Below are positions 45,730 to 57,435 of a DNA stretch of 64,000 nucleotides, one piece after another. Position 1 is the stretch's first letter, and each line of letters starts with the position of its first letter. The notes beneath the pieces are model-generated. The model did no database searches and was not told where the DNA came from. It saw only the letters and a list, made by a program, of their open reading frames with translations. A program made the position numbers and the translations under genes. Origin of the DNA: Eledone cirrhosa (lineage: Eukaryota). The stretch is from positions 301,878,001 to 301,942,000 of the forward strand of contig OZ024741.1 in assembly GCA_964016885.1 (NCBI GenBank). The letters are read 5' to 3'.

Positions 45730-46770
45730 CACCCGTGGTCATGATTACAAAGTAAGAAAACACTCCTTCTCCCAACGCCGTGCCCCGCAACTGGAGCGGA
45801 CAAACAAACAAAGACCACAATAGCAGAAGAGAAATCACCATCCCCAACAACAAAAGCACCTTCTCTTCCATCACCCACAGAGCCAATGGAAAGCATACCC
45901 CTTCCTGATATAGCTAAATCGGACAAGGAGGGCGATGAGGCCGAAGAATGGAGAACTATTCCAACAAAAAAAGGAAGAACTCCCTACCCTCACCCCCTCA
46001 CCCAAAAAAAGAGGAAGAAAGAACCCTAAAAAAAAGAAAATGAAAACTACCCCACCTCTTCCATCACCATCAACAGCCACACCCCCACAACCACCTACAC
46101 CATCACCACCATCACCACCAACACCACCGCCTCCACCATGACCGCTGCTACAACCACCACCTCCACCCTTAGCATCTACCCCATCGTCACCTCCAACAAC
46201 ACCACAGCAAACACAGAAAGCACCAACACCCCAACAGCAGACACAATACACAGCCATAGACACAGACAACACAAAGCTTTTAAATTACATTCAACACCAC
46301 ACCAACATCACAGAAACAAACTACGTACAAACCACCAAAATTGCACCCCACACACACATAAAAATAATAGAAATCACACAAAAAAATTACATAACATTTA
46401 AAAAAATGTTCCCCACATCAATTGGAGACTACCGAGGGAACATCAGCAAAATAATATTCACGGATATTCTCGTGGAGAAACCCACCAATGGTCGGAAAGA
46501 TGGATCACCCACCCCCTTCCTAAAAAGAGCCACAGGTAATTTTTGTACCTCTGCCCTCTCACTTGTTTTCCTCCTATCCTAGCAAACATGGCTTCTCTCA
46601 GAATAGGTAGCATAAATGCACGTGGCCTGGGGTCGACTTGGAAGTAGGGCCACCTGCTGATCAATCTCAGGTCGCTAAACATAGATGTGGTGGCCATCAG
46701 CGAGACCAGAATCTCCGAGGTACGGGCATTCGCACCCATTTTCAGCGGCTATGAGGTGTACACATCTCCA
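45730..46770 (+). mobile_element. Tx1-type LINE fragment (ORF1 C-terminal part + start of APE), ending in a SINE-like tail
   Basis: MASLRIGSINARGLGSTWK at 46588 matches 52122 and 59605; ORF1 tail homologous to the other two copies. Confidence 0.85.
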
Positions 46771-47184
46771 AGCAATTGCCGGCCTTGCGCCAAAGAAAGA
46801 AAAAAAATAGAAACAATTATTATTATTATATTATAGTTTAGATTTGAGATCGTTTAAACTAAACACTTCGAGAGTTTTAGAGGTAGAGCAGCAATAATGT
46901 TTTTGTTGTTGTTGTTGTTGCCTCTGACCGGGTCACCAAATCAGTCTATTTATATCTTTTGATACCTTCCTCACTTAGTGGGACTACTACTATCCCTCTG
47001 TCTTAACAGGAGGTAGTGGGAGAGAATAGCGGTGGTAGCGATAATGATGCAGTGGTGGTGGTGGTGATGTGATAGTATTACTGTAGTGATGGTGTTGAAG
47101 TGACAGTTGGTTTGGCTAGATTTTGTGTGTGGTAGTGGTGATGGCGGCGGCGGCGGTGATGGTATTATTATTATTATTATTATT

Positions 47185-48766
47185 GTTCTTTGAGTCTCAG
47201 TCATTGATGTTAGTTAACTGGAAAGTTTGTTGAAATGAATATGAAGCCACTACCTGCAGCCTCAGATATTCAGGACGTATCGGCGGGTTCTTGCTGTTCC
47301 CAGCAAGCATGCCTTTTGAAGCGTTCCAAAAAGCATGGTGGGGCAAATTTTCTTTAACCATCCTTGGAAACTTTTTGAGATAGTACCTAGTGCGCTTATG
47401 ACAATCGGGACCACTTTGACTTCATGGCAGTTCCAAATCCTTTTTACCTCCCACTTTAAGTCTTGGTATCGGTTAATTTTCTCCCTCTCCTTCTCTTGCA
47501 CTCTCGTGTCGAATGGGCAGGCCACATCCACAATCAGGCGCGATCTTTTTTCTTTGTCCACAACCACCAGGTCAGGTCTATTGTGTTCCAGTTTCTTGTC
47601 CGTCTGTATCCTAAAATCCCACAGCACCTTCACCTAATCGTTTTCTATCACCGACTCTGGCTTATGCTCATACCACTTCTCAGAATGTGGTAAATTGTTT
47701 ACTTTGCATAGGTGCCAGTGGATCACCCTGCCCATCACATCATGTCTCCAGCCCTTATAGTGAGTCTGGGCTAGGTGTTTACACTCGGATACAATGTGAG
47801 CCACAGTTTCCTCTCTCTCTCCACAGATCCTGCACAGTGGGCTAGCCTCCTCCTTGTAAATATGGTGTTTCAACCACTTCGTTTTGAGGGCCTGCTCCTG
47901 CGCAGCCATTAACATTCCTTCTGTAGCCGTTTTAAGGTCTCCTCTTTTCAACCAGTTCCATGTCTGTGGATCTCTAAATTCAGTTTTCTCAAAGAAGGTA
48001 CTATGAAGGGATTTTTCCTGAAGGCTGCTCTTTCTCCTTGATGTTATTTCCTCCTTGGACATCCCCTGGCCTATTGTCCCCTCCTTCAGTACAGTTCTGA
48101 GCATTGGCTCCTTACTATCAGTCACGTATTTGTGTAGGTTGTTTTTCTCCATCTGAACACAGTCCTCTATGCTGATAAGACCTCTTCCACCCTCAGATCT
48201 CCTTAAGTAGAGTCTATCGACATCACTCCTCTTGTGGAACATGTTGTAGATAGTAAATAGCTTCCTAGTCTTCCTATCCATTTCTTTCTGTTCGGCAACA
48301 TTCCATCTCAGAATTCCCGCACTGTACCTAATAATAGACACAGCTCGGGAATTTACTGCACTTATGGCATTCCTACTGTTCAGATGTGACTTTAATACGC
48401 TCCTTACTCTCCTAATGTATTCAGTTCTTATCAATTCCTTCATTTTTTTGTTCTTGATGTCATCAGCCTCCAGAACGCCCAAATACTTGTATCCTTCTTC
48501 AGAGTCAATTTCCTATATCATCTCACCCGTTGGTACCTGGATTCCGTTACTTCTGCTCAACTTACCCCTCTTCATCACAATGACTCCACACTTACTAATA
48601 CCAAATTGCATACATATATCATTGGTGAAAATACGGGCAGTGTCAACAAGCACATCCAACTCCTTCTCACTCTTCCCGAAGAGCTTAAGATCGTCCATGA
48701 AGAGGAGGTGATTGATGGTAAGCCCTCCCTTTCCCAACCTGTATCCTGCTCTCACTTTTCGCAGTA
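47185..48766 (-). mobile_element. R4/Dong-type RLE LINE family A, 5'-truncated, in (TAT)n
   Basis: HLLFMDDLKLF, GGRGL, CRIC..HIVSEC, RHD, RPDLVV..VDVACP, RYQDL. Confidence 0.93.
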
Positions 48767-48787
48767 CTATTATTATTATTATTATTA

Positions 48788-49674
48788 CAGTTACATTTAT
48801 CTTGCTTTATGTTCATACGAGTTATCACCAAGTCACAACCAGTGACCTCAAGAGACAACAAGGTCCGCCATGTTCAAGAAAGAACATACATACTCACACA
48901 TGCATCTTTAGTGTTTAGACTTGTGATGTACTTATATTGACAGAATTTTCCTTAGTATATGGGCAGTTCCCATTAGTACTATCTTTTGTATTTCTCCTAT
49001 ACGCGGGTTTCCTGGGATTTGCGATAAGTAATCATTAGACCCCTTAGGTATCATTCCCAGAGCGCCTACAACCACTGGTATTGTTTTAGTTCTCAATTTC
49101 CACATTTTTCCAATTTCTATCTCCAGGTCCTTATATTTGCTCAATTTTTCAAATGTTTTTATAGATACATTCTTGTCTATTGGAACGGACATATCAATTA
49201 GCAGGCATACCCTCTTTTTAAAGTCCTTCAATATTATATCAGGTCTATTTGCATCTATTTTTCGGTCTGTTTGGATGCTAAAGTTCCACAAGATTGAGAT
49301 GTGATCTTTTTCAAGTATGGGAAGTGGTTGATGCTCCCACCAATTCTTTTGATGGGCAGATCAAAATGCTTACACATTATCCAATGTATGTATTGTGCTG
49401 CTCTGTCATGCCTGTTTAGGTATTCGGTTGGAGCTATAGGACTGCACATTGAAATTATATGGTCAAAGGTCTCTGGTTGTTTTTTGCATACACGGCATAA
49501 TGGGCTGCATCCATTTTTTATTATGTTGGCTTGGTAATTTTTTGTTGGCAGACACTGATCTTGTGCTGATATAATCAGTCCTTCAGTCTCCGATTTCAGT
49601 CCAGAGGATGCCAACCACTGATGGGTCAAAGTTTTGTCAACATCAGGATTGTTAGCTCGTTGTGGGTATTTTCC

Positions 49675-49676
<2 letters not shown>
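48788..49676 (-). mobile_element. R4/Dong-type RLE LINE family B, 5'-truncated, in (TAT)n
   Basis: CRVC..HIISMC, RHD, RPDII..IDMSVP, KYKDL; near-identical to 53736-54627. Confidence 0.93.
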
Positions 49677-49723
<47 letters not shown>

Positions 49724-49924
49724 GTTGTTGGTGAAGCCACGCTTCTTATCGCCTCCAGTCTTTTTCAACGTTTTACCTCTTTTTCAACCGTTCTAAACCT
49801 TTTATTCAAGTTTTAAATTTGATAAAAGTTTAGAAGTGACCCACCTAATACAAGGGTTCACTAGTAAATAATAAGACACCCCTTTACGGGGTGTCGTATT
49901 CGTATTTGTGTAAAAATATTTTTT

Positions 49925-51829
49925 TTGAAAACTTTCAACATGGATAACACAAAGAGAGAGAGCGCTGTCAGACAACACAGAGAGAGGGAGACTTTATCAG
50001 CATGTCAACAAGACAGCGTTCCAGCGGAGGTAAATATAAACGAAAATATTACAAACGAAAAAAAGATTGTTACAGATTTAAAATTACCAAATATTTCTAA
50101 CACAAACAACACCAACAATAACACATACAACATCGCCAACAACAACACCAAAAATAACAGCGGTAAAGTCGAGAACGACAATAACAAAAATAACAGCGGT
50201 AAGGTCGAGAACGACAATAACAAAAATAACAGCGGTAAGGTCGAGAACGACAATAACAAAAATAACAGCGGTAAGGTCGAGAACGACAATAACAAAAATA
50301 ACAGCGGTAAGGTCGAGAACGACAATAACAAAAATAACAGCGGTAAGGTCGAGAACGACAATAACAATGACAATAACAACAGCCACAACAACAATAATAG
50401 TAGGAACAGTATCAACAAAAACAACAATAATAACAACAGCCACAATAACAGTAACAGCAGCAACAGTATCAACGAAAACAACACCAACAACTGTACCAGC
50501 GAAAAGAACAACAATGACACCGATACCTGTAATAGCGACTTCAGCACCACCAGTAAGACCAGTAGCAGCAGCAATAGTGGTGCTGCTGAAAAAGGGACCA
50601 CTTCTTTTGCAGGTGTCGCCCGAAATATCGAGACAGTGTTAGTCACAGAGGAGGAGATGGCAGTCGCAAGGGCCATGGTGACAAGAAGCGCAAATAGAGT
50701 TTCCTTGAAACCTCCACCCGATCTTTTCAAGGAGCAGCAGCTACGGACGGTGACTTACAGCACCGTAAGCAAAATCTCACATCGAGTGGAGGGAGCCACG
50801 GAGGCTCAAATCCAAAAGGCCTTGGGGTGCGTCTGGGCACGCAAAACCCACATCACCCGAGGCAGAAAGTACGCCACAGTAGACGTACTTTTCGCCAACC
50901 CCCAGGAAGCAAAGTCTCACTCTTTGGAAACCCTAAAGAGTGAGGAGTTAGTCTTGGTGCCCTCCTACTGCGGGCAGAAAATTGTGAGGGTCAAAGTGAC
51001 CCAGGTCCCACCCGACGTGCCCATACCTTGGCTGGCCGCGTCTGTCCTTGCTGGAATTGAGAACAGGGCGACCATGCTGCAAGTAGAAAAAATAGGGAGA
51101 GAGAACTGGTCAGGTATAGGCATGCAAATGCTTATACAAACTGACCAGGAATGTATCGAGGCTATATCCGATATCATAGACTTCGAGGAAGGACTCCAAC
51201 TCCCTATAAGTGTAGAAAGAAGACGGCCAAAATGTTATCTCTGTGGGTCGAAAGGTCACCTCAGGGCCTTTTGCCCGCAGAAGACACCGAAGAGGGCCCC
51301 TCTCCTTCCAATATCTGGTCCGCTGCTACCAAGAGCAGGACAGGCAACAAACGAAGAAGCCCCTTCCACGGTGAGTAGGAGGGCAACGTCCGTAGCACCC
51401 GTACCAAGGCCACGGATAACTAAAGCAGCATCATCAGTAGCGGCAACACCAATAGCTACATTTGAAATAGCTACACCAGCAACAAAATTGCCGAAGAGGG
51501 CTCCACTACCACCACCAACAGCCGTGGAGCACATACTCCTCCCAGACGCCACAGAATCCGACATGGAGTTTGAGGTGGGAGTGACGTGGCAAACAGTCTG
51601 CCACAAAAAAACAAAAAACAAAAAACCCTTAGATTCACCCTCCAAAAGCGAAGGCATACAAAGAGGGGTAAAGGCAGCAAGGAAACTTGCAGCAACACCA
51701 CCACAAACACCAACAACGCAAACACAACAAGACACACACACCAAACAGCAACAAGAAGAAAATGGCAACAAAATCACCCCTCCCCCAAAAAGTACACAGC
51801 TCATAAACATAGGAAAAAAGAACTCATAA
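49925..51829 (+). CDS. Tx1 ORF1 gag-like protein (Asn-rich repeat region, conserved central domain, CCHC zinc knuckle, Pro/Thr linker)
   Basis: CYLCGSKGHLRAFC; central domain homologous to 58111-58773; first ATG at 49940. Confidence 0.85.
   Translation: MKTFNMDNTKRESAVRQHRERETLSACQQDSVPAEVNINENITNEKKIVTDLKLPNISNTNNTNNNTYNIANNNTKNNSGKVENDNNKNNSGKVENDNNKNNSGKVENDNNKNNSGKVENDNNKNNSGKVENDNNKNNSGKVENDNNNDNNNSHNNNNSRNSINKNNNNNNSHNNSNSSNSINENNTNNCTSEKNNNDTDTCNSDFSTTSKTSSSSNSGAAEKGTTSFAGVARNIETVLVTEEEMAVARAMVTRSANRVSLKPPPDLFKEQQLRTVTYSTVSKISHRVEGATEAQIQKALGCVWARKTHITRGRKYATVDVLFANPQEAKSHSLETLKSEELVLVPSYCGQKIVRVKVTQVPPDVPIPWLAASVLAGIENRATMLQVEKIGRENWSGIGMQMLIQTDQECIEAISDIIDFEEGLQLPISVERRRPKCYLCGSKGHLRAFCPQKTPKRAPLLPISGPLLPRAGQATNEEAPSTVSRRATSVAPVPRPRITKAASSVAATPIATFEIATPATKLPKRAPLPPPTAVEHILLPDATESDMEFEVGVTWQTVCHKKTKNKKPLDSPSKSEGIQRGVKAARKLAATPPQTPTTQTQQDTHTKQQQEENGNKITPPPKSTQLINIGKKNS
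50153..50365 (+). repeat. 36-bp coding minisatellite, about 6 copies (NNSGKVENDNNK)
   Basis: AATAACAGCGGTAAGGTCGAGAACGACAATAACAAA repeated. Confidence 0.95.
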
Positions 51830-53703
51830 AATATATAAAGCAGCACACAGACATCACGGAAAAAAACTACTACACCCCACCAACACCAAGAACTCTCCCG
51901 ACAAACATAAGCATCATCGAAATCTCAATAGAACAATACAAAGTTTTGAAACAAAAATTCCCCAACGCAGTTGGAGACTTCAGAGGGTCGGTTACCAAGA
52001 GGATATACACTGACATCCTCTTGGAAACATCCAAGACCAGCGAAAGAGACGGTTCTACTGTCCCTTCACCACACGAACAAGGTAAGTGACCCTTTCTCAT
52101 TTACCCCCTTTCACGTCCAACATGGCTGTACTCAGAATAGGCAGTATAAATGCACGTGGCCTGGGGTTATCTTGGAAGCAGGGTCACCTGCTCAATGACC
52201 TCAGGTCACTAAACATAGATGTGGTGGCCATCAGTGAAACCAGAATCTCCGAGGCACGGGCCTTCGCACCGATCTTCGGCGGCTACGATGTATACGCATC
52301 TCCCAGCCGTCCAGGATCAGGGGGAGGGGTTGCCGTCCTTTTTCGGAGAGGCTTGGATCTCGCGATACGGGCCATCTTCCTGGACCCAGAAGGTAAGTCG
52401 GTGGTGCTGGACGTGACCAGCAGCGAAGGCAATGCTTTCAGGCTAGTAGCCGTCTACGCCCCAACAGGGGCAGGACGGCCAGATTTCTTCAGGCGTCTAG
52501 AGACCTTTCTTGGAACGTCCCGCTCTTTAGTGTTAGTGGGCGACTGGAACGGTATCTTGGATGCACGCTGGATGCATCTCTTGGATGCATCTCTGGTGCT
52601 TCCTAGATGGTGAACGGGTGTGGTCGCCGTTCGCCAGGCACATTTTCACACAGCTCGTCTCCTTGACGGAGCTGCAGTCCTGGGTCAGAAAAAGATCGAG
52701 GGATAGCGCTTGGAAACTGGAATGTCTCCAGGCGCTCACTGCCCTCTCCCAGTTGGGCACCAGTATCGGTGGAACATCCACCTCGGCGTTCTATAGAGGA
52801 CTAGTGGAGGGGAAGAGCGACGACATTCTCGGAGAGATCCTGGGCGTCGAAGAAGATCAGCTGTTTGCTCTCTTCCGGAGAACTTTCAGCCCGGGGCCTA
52901 TGGATAACTTCCAAAAATCCCTGGCCTGGCAGTGCTACTGGGGAGCGCTGCCGGTTCGAGATAAGCTCTACAGGCACGGAAGTGCCGTCAGCCGAGCCTG
53001 TCCGAGATGCGCGCATAGCGACGAAACCGTTATGCATGCACTCGTTCAGTGCCCGAGCATTGCTGACTTGTGGAGCTATGTCGAACAGTTGCTGTCACGT
53101 GTGGGACTGATCCGGTTGTCGACTGAGTCCATTGTGCAGATGGTCTCGCCGTCTTCCTTTGAGGAGGAAGGGTAGGCGGTTTTCATCTGCCTAGTGGACA
53201 TGGCGAAAGAGATTGTGTGGTGGACAAGGTTAAAAGGATTAAAGACAAACACTTTCCTCTTCGGCGAATCCTTAATTAACTTTTTCAAGTTTCACTTGAA
53301 GAGAAAAATCAGGGTGGAGAGGCAAGTGCTGCTTTCTAGCAAGTTTGTTGAAAGGTGGGTGAATGTAGCGAGAATGGTCCGAGTGAACGGGACCACTCTG
53401 AATATACGTCTGTAGTTTGAGAGATGGAAAAATTGAGAGAGGGCGCTTGCCCTGGTAGTCAGATTGACCGTGGTCTTTTATGTGGTTTTCGCCACGAGTA
53501 ACCCTCGGAGGTTTCCCCCCTATTGGGGAATTTTTCATTGTTTCAATTTTCATATTATTGTTTATATATATATATGTTTTATGTCTTTTTTTTTTTTATT
53601 ATATAAATAATAAAAATATTTACACGCACAAAACCCACATCGTACCGTCCTGTTCCGTCTGTGATGTTTTTCTTGATGTCAGCCCTTGTGGCCAATAAAG
53701 ATA

Positions 53704-53735
<32 letters not shown>

Positions 53736-53737
<2 letters not shown>

Positions 53738-56700
53738 AGCTGCATTTATCTTGCTTTATGTTCATACGAGTTATCACCAAGTCACAACCAGTGACCTCAA
53801 GAGACAACAAGGTCCGCAATGTTCAAGAAAGAACATACATACTCACACATGCATCTTTAGGTGTTTAGACTTGTGATGTACTTATATTGACAGAATTTTC
53901 CTTAGTATATGGGCAGTTCCCATTAGTACTATCTTTTGTATTTCTCCTATACGCGGGTTTCCTGGGATTTGCGATAAGTAATCATTAGACCCCTTAGGTA
54001 TCATTCCTAGAGCGCCTACAACCACTGGTATTGTTTTAGTTTTCAATTTTCACATTTTTCCAATTTCTATCTCCAGGTCCTTATACTTGCTCAATTTTTC
54101 AAATGTTTTTATAGATACATTCTTGTCTATTGGAACGGACATATCAATTAGCAGGCATACCCTCTTTTGAAAGTCCTTCAATATTATATCAGGTCTATTT
54201 GCATCTATTTTTCGGTCTGTTTGGATGCTAAAGTTCCACAAGATTGAGATGTGATCTTTTTCAAGTATGGGAGGTGGTTGATGCTCCCACCAATTCTTTT
54301 GATGGGGCAGGTCAAAATGCTTACACATTATCCAATGTATGTATTGTGCAGCTCTGTCATGCCTGTTTAGGTATTCGGTTGGAGCTATAGGACTGCACAT
54401 TGAAATTATATGGTCAATGGTTTCTGGTTATTTTTTACATACACGGCATAATGGGCTGCATCCATTTTTTATTATGTTGGCTTGGTAATTTTTTGTTGGC
54501 AGACACTGATCTTGTGCTGATATAATCAGTCCTTCAGTCTCCGATTTCAGTCCAGAGGATGCCAACCACTGATGGGTCAAAGTTTTGTCAACATCAGGAT
54601 TGTTAGCTCGTTCTGGGTATTTTCCATACAGAGGCTTTTCTTGCCATTTCTTAGCCAGTTTCTGTAGCTGTTATTTCTTTGCAGTTACTTTTACCTGCTT
54701 TGCTTTTTCTGTGTTTTCCATTTCAGCAGTAAATGGGACTTCTGAAATTTGTAGTCCATTACTGTATCTTTGTGCATCTTTTGTAATGGGGTATGATCTT
54801 TTGATGCTTTCGTGTTTCAAAACGAGTTTGATCATCCAATCATGTGATTCCCTTAGATATGTAGAAAATCCAATTGTTGCAGTTTTCAACGCAATGTCTA
54901 ACTGGATTAACCCACGTCCTCCTTCTTTCCTAGGGAGATATATTCTATCTGTATCTGCCTTAGGGTGATGCATTCTGTGCATGGTTAAGAATTTTCGAAT
55001 TTTTGTATCGAGCTTACGGATCTCTGTGCTTGACCAGTTGATAACATTGTAACTGTAGGTTACTACTGGTATGGCAAGCGTGTTTATGGCATCGATCCTA
55101 TTCCTTGCATTCAATTCCGTTCTTAAGATTGCTCTTACTCTGCGGTAACATTCCTTCCTTATCCTTTCCCTCATTGTCGAGTGCTTGATTCCGTCTCCTT
55201 CACAAACACCTAGATATTTGTAAGTTTCCTCTTGATCAAGTTCTCTTATCACATTCCCCCGATCAGGATTAATGTCTGAACTTTTCAGCAGCTTTCCTCT
55301 GGTGAACGTTGCTTTGGCGCATTTATCTAGTCCAAACTCCATTTTAATGTCATCACTGAACTGCTCCACAGTGGATTCAATTGTTCATCATTTTTTGCAA
55401 ATAGTTTCAGGTCATCCATGTAGAACAAGTGATTAATGGTTTTATCATAGACTTTATATCCATGTTTTGTTTCATTGAGCATTTTACTTAATGGTATAAG
55501 TGCGATGCAGAATAAAAGCGGTGATAAAGAGTCACCCTGAAAAATTCCACAATTAATATTAACTTCTCCAGCTTCCAGTGATTTTGTTTCACTATTCAAA
55601 AGGAGTGTCGTTTTCCATGTCTTCATACTGAATGACAAAAACCTCCTGACAACGGGAGATATTTTGAAAATCTCTAAACATTTTTCAATCCAACTGTGTG
55701 GCAAACTATCGAATGCTTTTTTATAATCTATCCAAACAATCGATAGATTTTTGTGTCTATTATGACAATCTTCCAGTATCATTTTGTTAACCAAAAGCTG
55801 ATCCTTACAGCCATATGAGCCTCGTTTATACCCTTTCTGCTCAATGGGAAATAGGTCATTTGTTATCAGGTGGTCATATGTATATTCAGTTAGGACTGAT
55901 GTTAAAAGTTTATACATTGTGGTCAAGCAAGTTATCGGTCTGTAATTTTGGGGATTGTTTGTCTCATCATTCTTCGGAAGCAGGAATGTAATGCCGTTAA
56001 CTAGCCATGATGGTATCTTTTCTGGCTCCTTAACTATTTCATTGTAAAGTTGGGCTAACAGCTCATGAGACTCTGTGAAGGTATTTATCCAAAAGTTTTG
56101 TATTTTGTCTTTTCCTGGGGATTTCCATTTGCTGGTTTTTCTTAGAGCCAAGCGCAACTGTTCAACTGTTATATTTTCCCATATTTGTGAGCTGTATCTT
56201 TCATTTGTCTGTCTATCCATGGGGCATGTATGTTATGGACTTTTTCTTCGGCCCAGATCTTTTCCCAGAATTCATGCACTTCCTCCTTGGGTGGTATTGA
56301 TTTAGCAGTTATTGTTGACTTACCAATTTTTCTGTAGAAGTTTCTTTGGTTGTTTTTGAACATATTATTGTCCTTATAGAATCTAGATCGTTTTTCAAAG
56401 CGCCTTATACGAGCAGCTTTGGCCGACACTTTTTGCTTGATTATTTCTATCAGCATGTCTATGTCACTTGTTGATTTTATACTGTACTTTCTTTTCAATT
56501 TTTTAAGTTTAGTTTGTTTAACATGTTCACCTACTTTATAGTTTGTTAAAATTTCTATGTCAGATCGGAGAAGGTTTATTTGGCGATTGATGTTCTCTTG
56601 CCAAGTAGATTTCTGTTTTTTCATCTTCACTCCACATAAGTGAGTGGTGACTTTAGCCGATGCATAATAGAGATGATTTAAATCAGTAATGTTTAGTTTG

Positions 56701-57384
56701 TTTGTGATGATAATGTTTTTGAGAATTATGTTAGTCTTGTGTATTATCTTTTGGTTCTGTTTGGAGTTCTGGATCTTAGGGAGGGTGTCTCGTTCCCCCA
56801 TGTCAGATTCTTTCATTTTCATCCATTCGATCATAATTTCATCCGTCAAGTTGGCAAGATCATTCTCATTCATTTCTTTATCATTTACGATCTCATTGTT
56901 TTCATTTGGAGTTTCATCTTGAGCATGCACTCGCTCCTCTTTTTCGATCCTTTCTTTAATTTGTTCTGTTGCCAGTGATTCCGCCCCAACCCTGGGATTC
57001 GAAGTGTTACAGATTACCTCGTTTTCACTGACACATGTTTCTTTTTCCCTTCGCTGACTTTGTGCTAATAGCTTGATCTGATCAATTTCTATATCAGTTA
57101 GTAACTTTTTTCTTACAATATTTCTTCGTATATTGGCTAGTTTGTTGCTGTCAATATAGCCTCTGTTTTCGGGATGTTTCTTTTTCCAGTTGATATATGT
57201 CTGTTCTGTATTCGATGTATTTGATGGGTAGTACATGGCAGTGTAGAAAGCCTCAAGGACTTCTTTATTATCTTCCCTTGACCATTTTTCTCTCTTTTTC
57301 TTTGGATTTCTTGGTGGTGAGCATGGAGGGCCAACAGTAGGAGTATTCCGGTTATGGGAGGTCTCCAGATCCGAAGTGATGGGA

Positions 57385-57385
<1 letters not shown>
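53736..57385 (-). mobile_element. R4/Dong-type RLE LINE family B, long copy with frameshifts, in (TAT)n
   Basis: N-terminal KWSREDN, KSPGKD, NYRPITCL, WIDYKKAFDS, GIFQGDSLSPLLF, HLFYMDDLKLF, zinc knuckle and RPD endonuclease. Confidence 0.95.

Positions 57386-57435
<50 letters not shown>

Larger units (their letters stand above)
49723..53706 (+). mobile_element. Tx1-type (L1 group) LINE, copy 1, with internal deletion of RT
   Basis: ORF1 with CCHC knuckle; APE start at 52122; jumps at ~52570 to the C-terminal CPRC..HALVQC region; 3' end CCCTTGTGGCCAATAAAG-(ATT)n. Confidence 0.92.

Noticed and set aside
50005-51846. Long hydrophobic antisense ORFs resembling membrane proteins
   Set aside because: Reverse-strand shadows of the low-complexity Tx1 ORF1
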